From positions 1,302,001 to 1,366,000 of the forward strand of contig OZ287085.1 of assembly GCA_965645245.1 (NCBI GenBank): a stretch of DNA of 64,000 nt, given 5' to 3'. Of this stretch, positions 1-12,406 are shown piece by piece. The number at the start of each line of letters is the position of its first letter. Position 1 is the stretch's first letter. A program made the translations under genes and the position numbers. The notes beneath the pieces were generated by a model. That model did not search any database, was not told where the DNA came from, and was given only the letters and a program-made list of their open reading frames with translations. Source of the stretch: Massalongia carnosa (lineage: Eukaryota).

Positions 1-840
1 AAATGAATAATGATGCAGCAGAGGTCACTCATTGGAACTGGTCCACTGGAGTCTGTCTCTGGGTCAATGTCAAATGAGTGATGATGCAGCAGAGGTCAAA
101 CCTTGGAGCTAGTCCACTGGAGTCTGCCTCTGGGTCAAAAGTCAAATGGATGGTGCTGCAGCAGAGGTCAAACAATGGAATTGGTCCACTGGAGTCTGCC
201 TCTGGGTCAACGTCATCCTCCGGAGTGCCTCTCAGATATTCGGGCATGAGAGCATTCTGATGGTCTGATATGAAGAGAATGTCTTCTGATGCTTGTAGTC
301 TGGCAAAGAGCCTCTCTGCTTATAATGTAGATGATTTCCATGCTCTTTCTGATAACCCTTTGTAGGTAGGGAACGCTGGATCAGGTGGCGTTGTTGTTAA
401 ACGTCTCTATCTGATTGAGAGGTTGTCATGATGTGCTTTCACGAAGCTGTTCAACTAGCTAGACTTGCGGGTGCGAATCCCGCCTGATTCAGGTCTGTAA
501 ACAAGTAGAGATTTAGTCTTTGCATTGTCCATCTAGTTCTTTTCGAGAAAGGATAATGATGCTCAGCTAATGATTTTGCATCGTGATGCTGCGGATAAGA
601 ATTGCTTCGATTCCTGTATGATCGATAGCGCCCTTCCGGGCTCATAACCTGTTGAATAGGTCTATGACTATGGCTATATGACTATGTAAAGATAGGGGCC
701 TGTATGACCATGATGTTAAGGATGCAGAGTTGCTACGGAGTGCAGAGCAATCTGTTCCTTTTATCTTGGTCACCTCTGCTAAGCGAGATGATAATAGTTT
801 ATCCGACTAGGCAATGCTGGTAGAAGTTGAACATTCAACA
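1..840 (-). mobile_element. 5' end of a Ty1/copia LTR retrotransposon (LTR 650-840, PBS 638-649); remainder left of window
   Basis: 191-bp segment with inverted termini TGTTGAAT...ATTCAACA; GGGCTCATAACC (reverse complement of PBS GGTTATGAGCCC) directly abuts it, as at the other copia elements. Confidence 0.75.
10..210. repeat. Tandem repeat, ~71-72 bp unit, about 3 imperfect copies (may extend left of window)
   Basis: Recurring ATGATGCAGCAGAGGTCA...GTCCACTGGAGTCTG(C/T)CTCTGGGTCAA at ~10, ~81 and ~153; lies in the 5' internal region of the minus-strand copia. Confidence 0.85.
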
Positions 841-2129
841 CGAGAGCTCGATCTGGAATATATCTTCACAGTATTCGCGAATGAGAGGGGGACAGTTAAA
901 GTTTTCTTTTCAAAGAATTTCGTTAAAGCATGCGAAAAAAACGGTTTCTTTCAGTGTTGTATTTTATAGAGTCATGAACTTATTGCATGCGTATAAAACT
1001 GGACCACGAGTAACATTTAGTTTACTTTGAATTTCGATGCAGGGAACTTAAAATAAAAGAGCTATTTGAATAACTAATCGTTGATCACGAAAAGATGAAT
1101 TATTGTATTCTTTTCGAGAAGATAATTCTATTGCGACAACAAAATCAATGCGGCGAAAGCAACTACGAGATTTACATATTTTGAAAATCAGCATCAGTTC
1201 GAGAAGATTCTACTGATTTAATTAGTCAACTTATTATTGTATGCTCCCCTGCACCCTCTTATATAAAAAAACCCATGTTCTTATGATTGTTCAAGGGAGG
1301 GGATAATAGAGTCGGGTTATGTCGTTGAATCGGGTTCGGACTTCTAACACGAGATTAATCCGATTTGCTCGGTCGGACATGCGTCATGTTCGAAATCGTC
1401 CGATATTATCGGATTAGAAGTGCGGGCCGACTGCAAATCTAATCTAACGGTTATTCTATGCAGACTTTTTAAAGTACTGTAGATATTAAATCAACAAAGT
1501 TACAGTTTTTTAAAATTGCAGTTCGACTCGTGACTTTATACTTGTCTGATAAATAACATATCGAATACGGCTTTTTTATGCGGGTTTCCGGGTTAAATCG
1601 TTTTACTCGATTAGTTTTTTTTGCAAATTTAGTTTGAAAATCCAACAAAAATATTGTCATAGAATTACCTCGCACCCTCTTACGTTTCCTGATCGGGTTA
1701 GTATTTAACAGGATCTCTTGCCATGAAACTTGCCCTGTATGTTGAATGGAACCGTGGCCCGTTATTCCGAACTATCCTGAAACCTCACCCCATTGTTCAG
1801 ACGTTCTTCCGCTGCCTTCAGTGCACTCCCAAACTCCTATATCCCGAATCCAATCTCAACGTCTCCACTATCCAAGCCTACGACTGGGATTGCCTAGCAG
1901 AGAGAGATTGTTTCGGCATGGAGAAAGGCGGAACAGGTCAAAGCGATCATGGTTAGGAAATTAGAACAGGAACAGAGATGAGGGCAAGTCAAGAATAGGG
2001 GAATTGGAAGCCATGGCTATAAAACCTATATGGTTTCTCAGGTGTTTGGAGCTCTTCGTCGGACGTCTTGTATACTATCCCTAGACCTAGCTTTCTAATA
2101 GTAACTCTTGCATATCTGGACCTTATCCG

Positions 2130-3351
2130 TGACAAAAGGAGTCAACAAGCAAAAGGCCTGGTACGATTCTCTGAAAGAAATTGACACTGAAATAGCTACC
2201 AGCGAAAACGGATGGACAGACAATGAACTAGGTTTTAATTAGTTGAAACAGTGTTTTGAACCTGCTACTGCGAAATATCTACACGGTGAATATCGACTTC
2301 TTATAGTAGATGGTCATGCTTCCCATATTTTTACTGAATTCATCAAGTTTTGCAACGAAAAGAAAATCACTCTTTTGTGTCTACCTCCACATACTACCCA
2401 TATGTTGCAACCTCTAGACGTGAGTGTTTTTGGGCCCTTATAACGGGAGTACAAAAAACAAAAAACGTGCTGACTGCATGAAGAGCAACCGGATTAGTAC
2501 CATAAAATCCGTCATCAGTTCTTCAAAAACTCACTAATTAACAATCGATGTTGAGAAAGACTAATATCATCACCACCACCACCATCACCACAACTACCAT
2601 CACCACCACGACGAATATCACCTCCTCTTCCCATCCTAAAATTCCGACAACCCTTCAAAACTCTCACGAAATTGAAAAGACACCTGCAAATATCGATCAA
2701 ATAAATCAACTGATTCGTCGAATTCGGAATGATGAAGAATCAGACTCGAACCCCGTCCGAGCGCTAAATAAATTGATAAAAGGCGCTAAATATGCCTTCG
2801 CAGACTCTACCTTGCTACGTATCACCAACAACGAGCTTCTTCAGGCTTATGTACGGCGCCACCATCGAGCCAATCGTAGCGGGGCTCACTATAGAGGAAA
2901 GGCTCGAGTCCTAAGCCTTGAAGACGTTCAACAAATACAGCAATGGGCCAAAGATAAACAAAAGGTGAAAGACGACAAAAAGAAGGCCGCTCAGCTAAAA
3001 CGAGCCGAGCAGGACCTTATCAAAACTTTCAGGGAAATGTGTCGATTTGGACCTGATTTACTAGGACAAACGTCTACTGCATCTCCGACGAAAAGTTCTC
3101 AGAAAGCACCTGATGGTTCACAAAGTAGGACTATGTCTTCTTTCAAAAGACGATTACTACCTCCCCCCATGCTTCAACCAATGACAGAAGAGGCAGAGGG
3201 GGTGGAGGAGGTAAAGGTGAGTGGGGTAGAAGGGGTGGAGGAGGTGAAGGTGAGTGGGCGGGTAGAGGTGGAGGTGGAGGTGGTGGAGGAGGTGAAGAAG
3301 GTTCAAACTACCAGACGGGGTCGTATTATACGTCAACCACGTAAAATGTGA
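2130..3351 (+). pseudogene. Degenerate pogo/Fot1-type DDE transposase (C-terminal half)
   Basis: SENGWTDNE, RLLIVDGHASH, LLCLPPHTTHMLQPLDVSVFGPL motifs; in-frame stops and deletions; no N-terminal HTH visible. Confidence 0.8.
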
Positions 3352-3897
3352 TTAATTTGCATGCAGACAAAATATCAATTTCATGTCTAATAGATATTGA
3401 AGCCGAATTTGTATGTAAAAAGGGTGAGAGGTAGGCTTTAGAAATTAAGCGAAATTTAGCTAGTTCATGTGACCTCGTATTGCTTCTATTTCTAAGGTTG
3501 GCGGAAACACAGCGATCTGCACCTCGCTGGCGCCGTCACTCTCGCCGGCGCCTCTACCTAGCGCCCCCTTTCGGGCCTTGGTGCAGATCGCGGTGGATAC
3601 TCCCTCTACCTCTGCGGCTGAGACCTGGAGTGGGTGGGCGGGTCAAAAACTACTATGCAGTGCTACCTCCGAATCCGAGATGATGAGGAGATGTAGGACT
3701 GCTTTGGCCCTCTATATAGCCTCCATCTCCCCCATCCTTCCCTATCCGATCCCCCGTCGTTATCCGAACCAGCTCCTGGCGGATAACCGTGCAAAACCGA
3801 AGAGGTCCGGATTTTGCATCACCTGTTATCCCCGTCATGCGTGGAGAACCGCTGGTAGCCGATCCGCTGGTAGCCGAATAGCATCGGTCCCGCACTA

Positions 3898-5930
3898 CAG
3901 TGCACCCTGGCTATAACGATTTTGATTTTCCATGAGGTCAAATCGTTATAAGGAGAATATCGTTATACCCAAAGAAAGCTTGAATTCCCCCCATTTACTA
4001 TGTAAAATAGCTATTAATTGTGGTTTGTTTAAGCCCCTGCTTGGTCCTTTGCCTGATAACCCTTTCATGTCGATTTATACGTGAAATGAGCTCACTATCA
4101 CCTTCATCCTGCTGTTCTTCATACAAACGAAGAGTTTGTAGAGCCAAAATAGCCTCATTATGACGAATTCGAGGCATGATTACATCCTCCTCATTGGTCT
4201 CATAAGCTCTTTCCTCCCTGCTGTACGAATTGACGATGTCGTCGATCAAGACTTCCTCGGTGTCATAAACATCCTCCTCTTGTGGATTTAAAAACTGAGT
4301 AATAGACATCGCCTTTGCGATTCTATCCTGATGAACCAGATGATGCATTTGTTGAGCCATACTCGAAATGACAGCGTCATATGAAGAATTATCCTCCTTC
4401 ACCTCTTGATGCCAGCCCATATTCTCCGCCTCCTCTCTGTTCATTGGACCATATTTAGCACTCAACACCCGAGATTTCACCCAGCAATTATTGATTGTTG
4501 TCTCAGTAACGTCCTGCTCCCATGCAACAATCCCCCAACGAATAGCTTGTAAAACGTTCATTGTTTTAGTGGGATCAATGTCTTTTTCGTATTCAGAACA
4601 AATGTAACGCAGCCATCTTCTTCGATAATGAGCTTTCCAGGCATGAATAATGCCTTGATCGAGAGGTTGACATAGAGAGGTTGCATTCGCTGGAAGGAAA
4701 AGGATTTTCGTGTTTGTAAGGCCAGCGGGAAATTCTTCATACAATAAATCGATGCCTGTTAACTCAGTGAGTGAATGAATTCATCAAATCGTGTTATAGC
4801 TGAATCACCTGCTTTATGAGCTGAAAATCCATCTATCAAAAGAATTACCTTGCGTCCAGTCATTCGATTATCAAACCAAAGCAAATATTCTTTGAAAATT
4901 CGTTAAGTCATCCAGGCCTTTTGATTGAAACGCCAGACCATTCGGAAATTGTGGATGTTAATGCCAGATCGTCCAAAACAGCGAGGATTTGCGGCTTTTC
5001 CAATGAACCATGGAGGAAGTTTGTCCGTGCCGGTCACATTTGTAGCGAGATTGACAGATATTCTGGCTTTTTCGTGTTTACCTCCAGGTGTTTGCTGAGT
5101 GGCAAGAGTACCATCCGGGCTCATCTTCCAAAAAAGACCTGTCTCATCCATATTGAAAATATCGCGATTATCATATTCTTTGAGATGCTCACGTATATTC
5201 TTCAGCTCAGTCTCTACGACTACATTATCAACAGCACCGACCTCGCCATGTCTTCTATATTGTCTGATCTGATGTCGATTTTTGAAGCCATCCAGCCAGC
5301 CAGTAGAGAATTTGGGCTGTTCTTCGTTAGCATATTGAGGAAGCTTACTCCAAAAGATAGCGGCTATCTCTTTAAGAATTTCTCCTGTTATTGTAGCTTC
5401 TTTTCGCATCATTCGTTGCTGCCACTCGAATAAAGCGTCTTCGAGATCTGGCCATTGTGCTGCACGGTTTTTTCTGACCTCTAAACGCTGCACCTTATTG
5501 TCCAAGTGAGCGAAAGTGGAAGAAAGTGACTCGGATATGGTCGATTGAGAGGGAAAATGATGAAACTGCTGCTCGAACCACTGACGAAGTTGCTTATGGG
5601 GAGGTCTACCATTTGATTCATCAAAATAGTAATCACGAAGAGCTTTTCGCTCCGCATCGGTGATAGCGCGACGTCTTTTACGAAGTGGAGGAGGTGAAAT
5701 GGAGGCCCTGAGGCCATTACTGGCTGATATTGAGGTGGACGAGGACATTTTGATTGGATAAAAATAATTCTGGTTATAACGATGCACACCAAAAAAATCC
5801 GAGAAGTGCTAACGATATCGGAACAAAGAAGTTATCGTTATTTGTCTAACAAAATAATCGATTCCACAAGGTCAAATCGCTATAACCAGATTATCGTTAT
5901 AACCAAGATCGTTATAGCCAGGGTGCACTG
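3898..5930 (-). mobile_element. pogo/Tigger-like (Tc1-mariner superfamily) DNA transposon
   Basis: 23-bp TIRs CAGTGCACCCTGGCTATAACGAT at 3898 and ending 5930; TA on both sides (one extra G at right); the empty site CCGCAC-TA-GCTCTCG is seen in copy B near 27930; subterminal ATCGTTATA repeats. Confidence 0.92.
3998..5748 (-). pseudogene. CENP-B/pogo-like transposase (HTH + DDE_1), one premature stop, one probable intron
   Basis: HTH (WPDLEDALFEW, FSTGWLDGFKNRH), NMDETGLF, LLIDGFSAH, LCQPLDQGII; TAA at 4903-4905 inside KAWMT*RIFKEY; GT..AG intron ~4809-4757. Confidence 0.85.
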
Positions 5931-5956
5931 GTAGCTCTCGCCATAGACGAAACTAG

Positions 5957-8020
5957 TTAGTCCCGTTGCCCAGTGAAATACGTTAGCTCTAGTTCATACG
6001 CCAGGCGCCCTACCCTTTTCTTAATGAGAAAGGGGCCAGTTCGCTGATTTCTCAGCTTCTTATTAAGCTTGCCCGGTAATTGATACCCATCTTCCTTCAA
6101 TAACAAAGGCTTGTGTCTTGCATCGTAATAGATCTTGGCTTTTGCATTGGCAAAAGATGTGGCGTCTGCGGCCTCTTGTGCATACTCGAGTCTTTTTTCG
6201 GCTATGTTTGGCTCTTTATCGGGAGCCAGTGTTGACAATATTTCTTTCACTTTGAATCCGTACATTATTTCATTGGGAGATAGTCCTGTGGATGACGTGG
6301 GAGAATTGTTCAGACTTGCTTGTAAAGCTGGAAGCGCTTTCATTACACTTATATCGGGATTCTCGGTGATCAGGTATCGAAGCGCTATCTCCACGGTTTG
6401 ATTTGTTCTTTCGGATAAACCGTCCGTCTGTGGATGATATGCTGTACTTGTCAATAGACCCTCTTCTCCTACATCCCGCTGTCGTATGCCTGGTTGATCT
6501 TTTATTCAACAGCCAGTATCTTGATTCGGCGGCCGAAAGAGTTTTGCTGAGAAACAGGATGGGGTCTACGTCTTGTCTTTTCGGAGGTAGTGCGGGTATT
6601 GATACTCCGTCGTTACCTCTATCGCTTTTTAAATGATATAGCATAACTCCTACTCCTTGCTTGGAGGTATCTACGTCGGCGTACAGTCTTCGTGTTGTGG
6701 AAAAATTAGTGAGCATGCTAGGCTTGCTGAATGCTTCTTGTAATTGAGAGTAGGCGTCCAGCTCTACATCGGATGGGTCTGCGATTAGGGTTCGAAGGCT
6801 ATAGTTCTTCCTAGCTTTACCCTTGTTGGAAGGAGAGTCTCTAAGAAGCATGGTCTTCCGAATTTGCAACGGTTCCGCCTTTTGTGCGTAGTATGGTACA
6901 TAATCGCGAAGCCATCCGGTGATTCCAAGATATCGCTCGAGATCTTTGAGCCTTTCTGGGAAACTCATGCCTGCTATTGCGGATAGCTTTTCGGCTGCGG
7001 TTGTGAGGCCAAGACTATCCACCTTCTGTCCTAGAAGTGTGATGGTAGGGTATCCGAGGTACGTTTTAGAAGGCTTGATTGCCAGATTGATTTTGTTGAA
7101 TAGTTCGAAAATCTGATTGAGATGGCGAATATGCTCTTCCAAAGAGTGGCTGAATACGACTATATCATCTACGTATGCCCTGGCAAAAGCTCGATATGGC
7201 CTGAGAATCCCGTCGATTTGACGTTGCGCATAGGCCGGGCTGTTTCTGTATCCCATTACTGCCACGTTCCATTGTTCTGATCATCTATGAGATACTACTG
7301 TGAGTTTGTGGCGGTCCGATTTTTTTACTGGCCACTGATGGAAGAAACCTGCCCCGTCCATGACGCTGATGTAGGTGCAGCCCTGAATAGCGGAGGTAAC
7401 ATCCGCCTGTAAAGGTATTGGGTAAGCATCGAATTCGGATAACTTATTGAGCCCTCGAATATCTATGACGACGCGGCCCTTCCTTTCTGGAGTCTTCCCT
7501 GGGAGATGAATTGTTCGCCATACCACGAATACTGGGTATGCAAATGGTGTGGGTTTGGTTGTCCATTCCATCTTGCCACTCTTGTGCATCGCATCGAATT
7601 CTTTGTCAACTACCGCTCTATCCTCCAGTCCCAAGCGAAAGACTCTGGCTAGCATAGGCTTTGCGTCATTTACTGTTTTATTTTCCATCCAGTCCTTTTC
7701 TGGGATATTCACGACACCTCCTTTGTCCCTCCATATATCGTGATAGGCCTTTGCCACTGCAGAAAGCCTGTTGTATGTCGAAGAATCGCCGTATATGGTT
7801 ATTCCGTTGTCTGTAACCCTTTCCTGCGCAGTTTCGTGTGGTTGGGATAAAACATGAGATGTGCCGCTGAATTCTGTCTGACCGTCTGTCTCTGGATAAT
7901 GCGCTGACGGAAACTTGATTTTTATCCCGTATCTTTCGCAGACTATTTTCCACAAGTGTGCTGTTAGTTGACTTCCTCTATCGTTAACCTTGGATATAGG
8001 AAACCCATAAGAACGCACCA
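5957..8020 (-). pseudogene. Degenerate Ty3/gypsy pol remnant (RT, truncated RNase H, partial integrase)
   Basis: GRVVIDIRGLN, VMDGAGFFHQW, AYVDDIVVFS, STAYHPQTDGLSERTNQTVE, GPFLIKKRVGRLAYEL; stop codon, deletions, no LTRs found. Confidence 0.85.
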
Positions 8021-8584
8021 GCTTGCTGGGGGCTAGTGAAGTTGTCACCGTGACGGGCGGCACCCGGCTGTGTGAGCTGGATAGAGCCGGACGCTAGCAG
8101 GGAGGTGAAAACTCTTCACCTCTTCCACCTCTTCCACCTCCATCAACACTCATCATAGATAGTGTTTCGCTGTTTCTTCATATCCCCATCTCAAAGCAAA
8201 CCTATTATCTACATCCAATTCACATCATGAACACACGCAGTCAAAGCGGGCGAGAGAATCGCCAGATGATTCCTCCCCGTGGTGCGACCGGCAGTCGGGG
8301 TCGAGGCAGAGGCACACGCGGCCGGGGAGGCCGAGTCACACCTCAATCAGACTCTAGAGAGGCCACAATAGAAAATGAGTCACGCCACTCCTCCCCCGAG
8401 GCAATCCCGCCTCCAGACCGTCGCGCGGCCCTCAGGGCGGAAGCCGAAAGGCTACGAGCCGAAGCAAAAGCCAGAGAAATCGAGCAAGAGGAGGCAGAGC
8501 TGCCAGGCCGAGGGACCGTGATTTGTTGTGGGCAGAGAATCCCGACATGCATCGCACCTTGAATCTTGCGCTCTTGACGACCTT

Positions 8585-9094
8585 TCAATCTGACTGCACC
8601 CCTTCAACCTTTGTTGAATGACCAAGTAACAACGATTTCTCGCTCTGAGAATAGGCGGTAAACTCCAGATGAATTATCAGAAGCTGTTGATTTATCCATT
8701 CTAACTGGAATTCTTCGGCATGAAGCTGCTTTCGCACTCGTTCGCGATTGTCTTGCGCACTCTTGACATCAGACTCACAGATCTCTTTGTACCTCTTGAA
8801 CTCGAGATAGGTATTATCATTATCTATTTCAAGTTCCTTCCGAGCCTTACATAATCGTTTTAGTAGAAATCGTATCACTTCGTTATATGTTTTAAACTGA
8901 AGGTAGGCCATTCCGCCATTCATTTCCTTCAGTTTTCCTCGTGACAGTCCCAGTTCTAGTTCTCTCTGACAGTGATCAACTGACAGTTTTGCCCTGTTGA
9001 TCTTCTCTTGTTGAAAGACCTCCAGCGTTTTCTCCAAATCTTGCTGTCCCCATGCCAACTCGCACTCCCACGTGTCTACTCGATCCTTAGCCAT
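8585..9094 (-). CDS. Hypothetical coiled-coil protein fragment
   Basis: 169-aa helical, charged ORF; no recognisable motif. Confidence 0.3.
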   Translation of the reverse strand: MAKDRVDTWECELAWGQQDLEKTLEVFQQEKINRAKLSVDHCQRELELGLSRGKLKEMNGGMAYLQFKTYNEVIRFLLKRLCKARKELEIDNDNTYLEFKRYKEICESDVKSAQDNRERVRKQLHAEEFQLEWINQQLLIIHLEFTAYSQSEKSLLLGHSTKVEGVQSD

Positions 9095-9434
9095 GCTGAC
9101 TCACCAACGCTGATAGGCCTGGAAAGCTTTCCAATCAGTAAGCCTTGATGAGCTTCCTGGGCATCTTAGCTCTGATTGCTCCCGTGTTGTGTCCTACATG
9201 CTGTTCCCCTGCCGGCTTTCACAACGCTTCCGCTGCCAGTGTTGAAACCTTTCCCATGCATCTAGCTCTCGCTCGAACTGAAGATATACGTCGTCCCAAT
9301 GATGCAACATTAGACAAAGCCCATCGGTGAGTTCGGAATTACAGGCGCTAGGAACGGCACCATTAACGTTAGGGGCTGTAGCCTTCTCGTCGAACGGCTA
9401 GTTGATAGCGTCTGCTCTAAGCCTGAATAAGCTT

Positions 9435-9780
9435 TTATGATAACTGCATGAGACTAGACTGAGGATTGAAAGAGCTACCGACATTTTTATTTACACTACG
9501 GCCTTCCTTCGGGCTTAGACTTGGGCAATAGACCATCCTGCAATTGCGGAGCGCCACGGATTGGAACATAGATAACGCTAGACGATCGCGCCCTGACGGC
9601 AGACCACAAATGTGAGCAAAGAAGATTCGGTAGTGATCCTCCAAGCAAGTCTCGTAAGCGGTCTGAGAGATGAATTTTCTCGGCTGGGTCTTCCGGCACT
9701 GTTTGATCTCGTCAAAGGCGAATTGACGTCACCGTTTATACAAGTCTCGTTGACGGGCTTGTCGAAAGAGATAAAGAGTC
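9435..9780 (-). pseudogene. Possible C-terminal remnant of a DUF3435 tyrosine-recombinase (Starship captain-like) gene
   Basis: Translation RQRDLYKR*RQFAFDEIKQCRKTQPRK...HYRIFFAHICGLPSGRDRLALSMFQSVALR..CRMVYCPSLSPKEGR resembles, from memory, the 'QPRK...MPERDRLA..LF...VAYRP' C-terminal region of fungal DUF3435 proteins; no catalytic region seen. Confidence 0.35.
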
Positions 9781-10290
9781 TCATCCCCACGAAATAGGTG
9801 TGGCGAATAGGTGATCAAATCCGTCAAAAATAGGGTGAGTGGTTAATTACCCTATTCTAATAATCTGGATGGGGAATGCTCTGTGCTTGGTCCAAATATG
9901 GGATGAGATCCCTCAGGGGAATGATCTGGATGGGAGAGCGCTCAGCACTTGGCTAGGGTAAGTGATCATGTCCCCTATCCTAATAATCTAGATAGGGATA
10001 CTTGGCGCTTAGCTCAGATAGGAGAACAATTTAGATGAGCTAGGATTAGATTGGGGGCAACGTCCTTCAGGGGGATGGGGAGTGCTCAGCGTTTGAATGA
10101 AACAAGATATGTCATCCCTGATGGAGCAGCAAGGCTATGAGCAATCCATACTTCATTAGGATATTTAAGGAGAAAACTGTCGGCGGTAATAGCTCTCACA
10201 CAAGTTAAAATGAGCAAGTTGCCAAATGTATCGCAAGGATTCCAACAAGAGAAAGCCTAGGTCAACCTTTACTCAACATGTCTATGAGCT

Positions 10291-12246
10291 TCATGTTTTG
10301 CTCCTCTGCTCCTTCAGCAAATCCATGAGCTCCGCATGTCGTTCCTTGCTCTCCAATCGCTCTCTCTCTCTCTCTCTCTTCTCCTGGGTGAGCTCATCCA
10401 TGAGCTCCGCATGTCGTTCCTTGCTCTCCACTCTCTCTCTCTCTCTCTCTCTCTTCTCCTGGGTGAGCTCCTGTTGTAGCATGGCAAGCTCAGTATCCTT
10501 GTTCTGTCGCTTCTTCTTTGGCGGCAGTGTAGGCCTTTTGAAGCTCTCGTTATTCTGTGACGCAGGAGCACTTGTCGCCATTTCCTGCGAATCGGCAAAT
10601 TCTGATTCCCCTTCAGCAGTGTTGGTGGATATGAATGATTCGGAATTTTGCTCAGGCAAATAGGGGATAGCATCTCGGATTCTTTTCAAATGAATTGGCG
10701 CGAAATGGTCGTACAGCTTGCGGACGAAGTTATAAGCCGTCCATCTATTTCCACCGTCGCGTGCGGTGAGATCGAAACTTTCGATGAGATGGCGATGGAA
10801 ATATGTCCTGTCCTCCTTGATCAAAGGGTAATGGCCAAAGATCTTGACAAAAGTGTGATCATGGGAAATGGAGAAGAAAAGGATTTCCTGATGCAGTTGA
10901 TCTATTCCAGATGCGGCTCCAGATTCCCGGCGGGTCTTCTCTCCCTGTTGATAGAGCTGAAGAATCGCATTAATTGCCGTAGCGGCACTTCGAGCATTCT
11001 GGCGATCGGATTCATTGAGCCCGTTGGCGCCGCATTTCGCCTCGCAAGTGAAAAGTGGGAAAAACAAGTTTCCGGTAAACCTCGACGGTGTATCGGATGT
11101 ATTATGGCGACTGTGAAGCTTGTCGATCTCCGATTTAGTGAATGCAGATGGGAGGAGACCCACTGTAAAATCTGGACATGGTATGGGACCCGCAAGAGAG
11201 ACGACGTTATTCCAGGGTATCTTAACCGTCTCTTTTAGATAGTTGACTTTTGATAAACCACGGAAAGAGAGAATTTCAGCTGATGGAACGACATCTGGTT
11301 GAAGGTCTCGTACGACTCTTCCTTCACCCTCATTGCGTACACCGTTGATGACCTTCCAGAAAAGATTGCCCTCGAAAAGCGAGTTTTTAGGAATTTCGTA
11401 AGTGGCTTTCAGTAGGGTCTGGCATAGTTCTCGGGCGTCATGTCCAATTGCTGCCTCACCTATTTGTTGGTCTAAAATGATTCCCGCCGGCTCGAGAATC
11501 TCTTTTTCGTATGTTGAAGTATGGGCGGTTGGGTAGATGCCTTCTCTGACGCCTTGGCTGTAGCTCATTGCAGAAGATGACCTTTTTTTGGTCAGTTGTT
11601 GGCTCATATTGGGATCCGGTTGAAAAAGTTTCTCAGGCCAGCGTCCTGTCTTTATCCAATGCTCGATTGGAAGATCTTTTTCGCTGTCATTGTCGTTGAT
11701 TTCCTCTTTACCTTCAGCAGCACAGTTTGGTGACGAGATTCGTGCCCGTTCTTCAATAGGCTCGTTTTGAACGTCTTCGGTGTTGTGCGATCGCTTTCGT
11801 TTTCGATCAGGTTTTCGGGTCGATTCGTGCCTGTTTTGAGAGCGGGGCTGTTTGATCTTTTCAGGTCGGGGATTTGGACTGGACTTTTGTGTCCACTCTG
11901 GAGAATTGACAACTTTGGGAGGGACAGGCGAGCTTTGTGGGACCTTCACTTGAGTTAGCTTCACAAAGCATTAAAGATGACGGACCTGCCTCTTTGCTGG
12001 GAGTATTGCTTGCTGATGGAGATGGGAGTGTGGGCTTTGGTTTTGTGGTTTGGCTTTTGGATCCGGTTTGCTGTTGTATTTGGTCCAAACGTGCGCTCCT
12101 GCAAAGAGGTTGTGGCCGTTTTTCGATGCCTTGAGGCCGCTTTCCTATTAATAGTCAGGCAAGCAGGCGAGGTATGTGAAGCATGTCTCACCTTGGGCTT
12201 GCTGCCGACTGTTTTTGGTACTCGATTTCGCTTGACCACGAGCCAT
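10291..12246 (-). CDS. Fungal PD-(D/E)xK nuclease-like protein (DUF7924-like) with disordered N-terminus and coiled-coil tail
   Basis: 557-aa open exon 10291-11964 with PCPDFTVG...FFPLFTCEAKCG..LNESDRQNA..ISHDH motifs; two upstream exons inferred (ATG 12246, introns ~12191-12147 and ~11990-11944, second possibly GC-AG); start is uncertain. Confidence 0.7.
10321..10470 (-). repeat. Two 75-bp coding tandem repeats containing a (GA)n microsatellite
   Basis: ELTQEKRERERER(V/L)ESKERHAELMD twice; units start 10321 and 10396. Confidence 0.9.
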
Positions 12247-12406
12247 GTCGAGTAGAAAGATGGGGGGCACAACCGCCGAAGTCTTGGTAACCTTGCCCTC
12301 GCCACAGCTAAACCTATTCAGATTAGTATATTGTTAGTCTAAAGCTAAGCTAGTTTAGTGAATAATCTAACTGTTTTGGGTTAAGACTCTGTTTAGCTTA
12401 CTACGC

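Larger units (their letters stand above)
3460..5956. mobile_element. Short non-autonomous element copy A (~460 bp, CTAG-bounded), interrupted by a pogo-like transposon
   Basis: 3460-3897 plus 5934-5956 align in inverted orientation to 27907-28591; ends CTAGTTC...AACTAG. Confidence 0.75.

Noticed and set aside
1240..1700. Short CGGGTT/TCCGA repeats suggestive of hAT subterminal DNA
   Set aside because: No TIR pair, TSD or transposase could be defined
8043..8562. TGTCAC start and RG-rich ORF as a possible gypsy LTR/gag start
   Set aside because: No partner LTR, PBS or diagnostic gag motif
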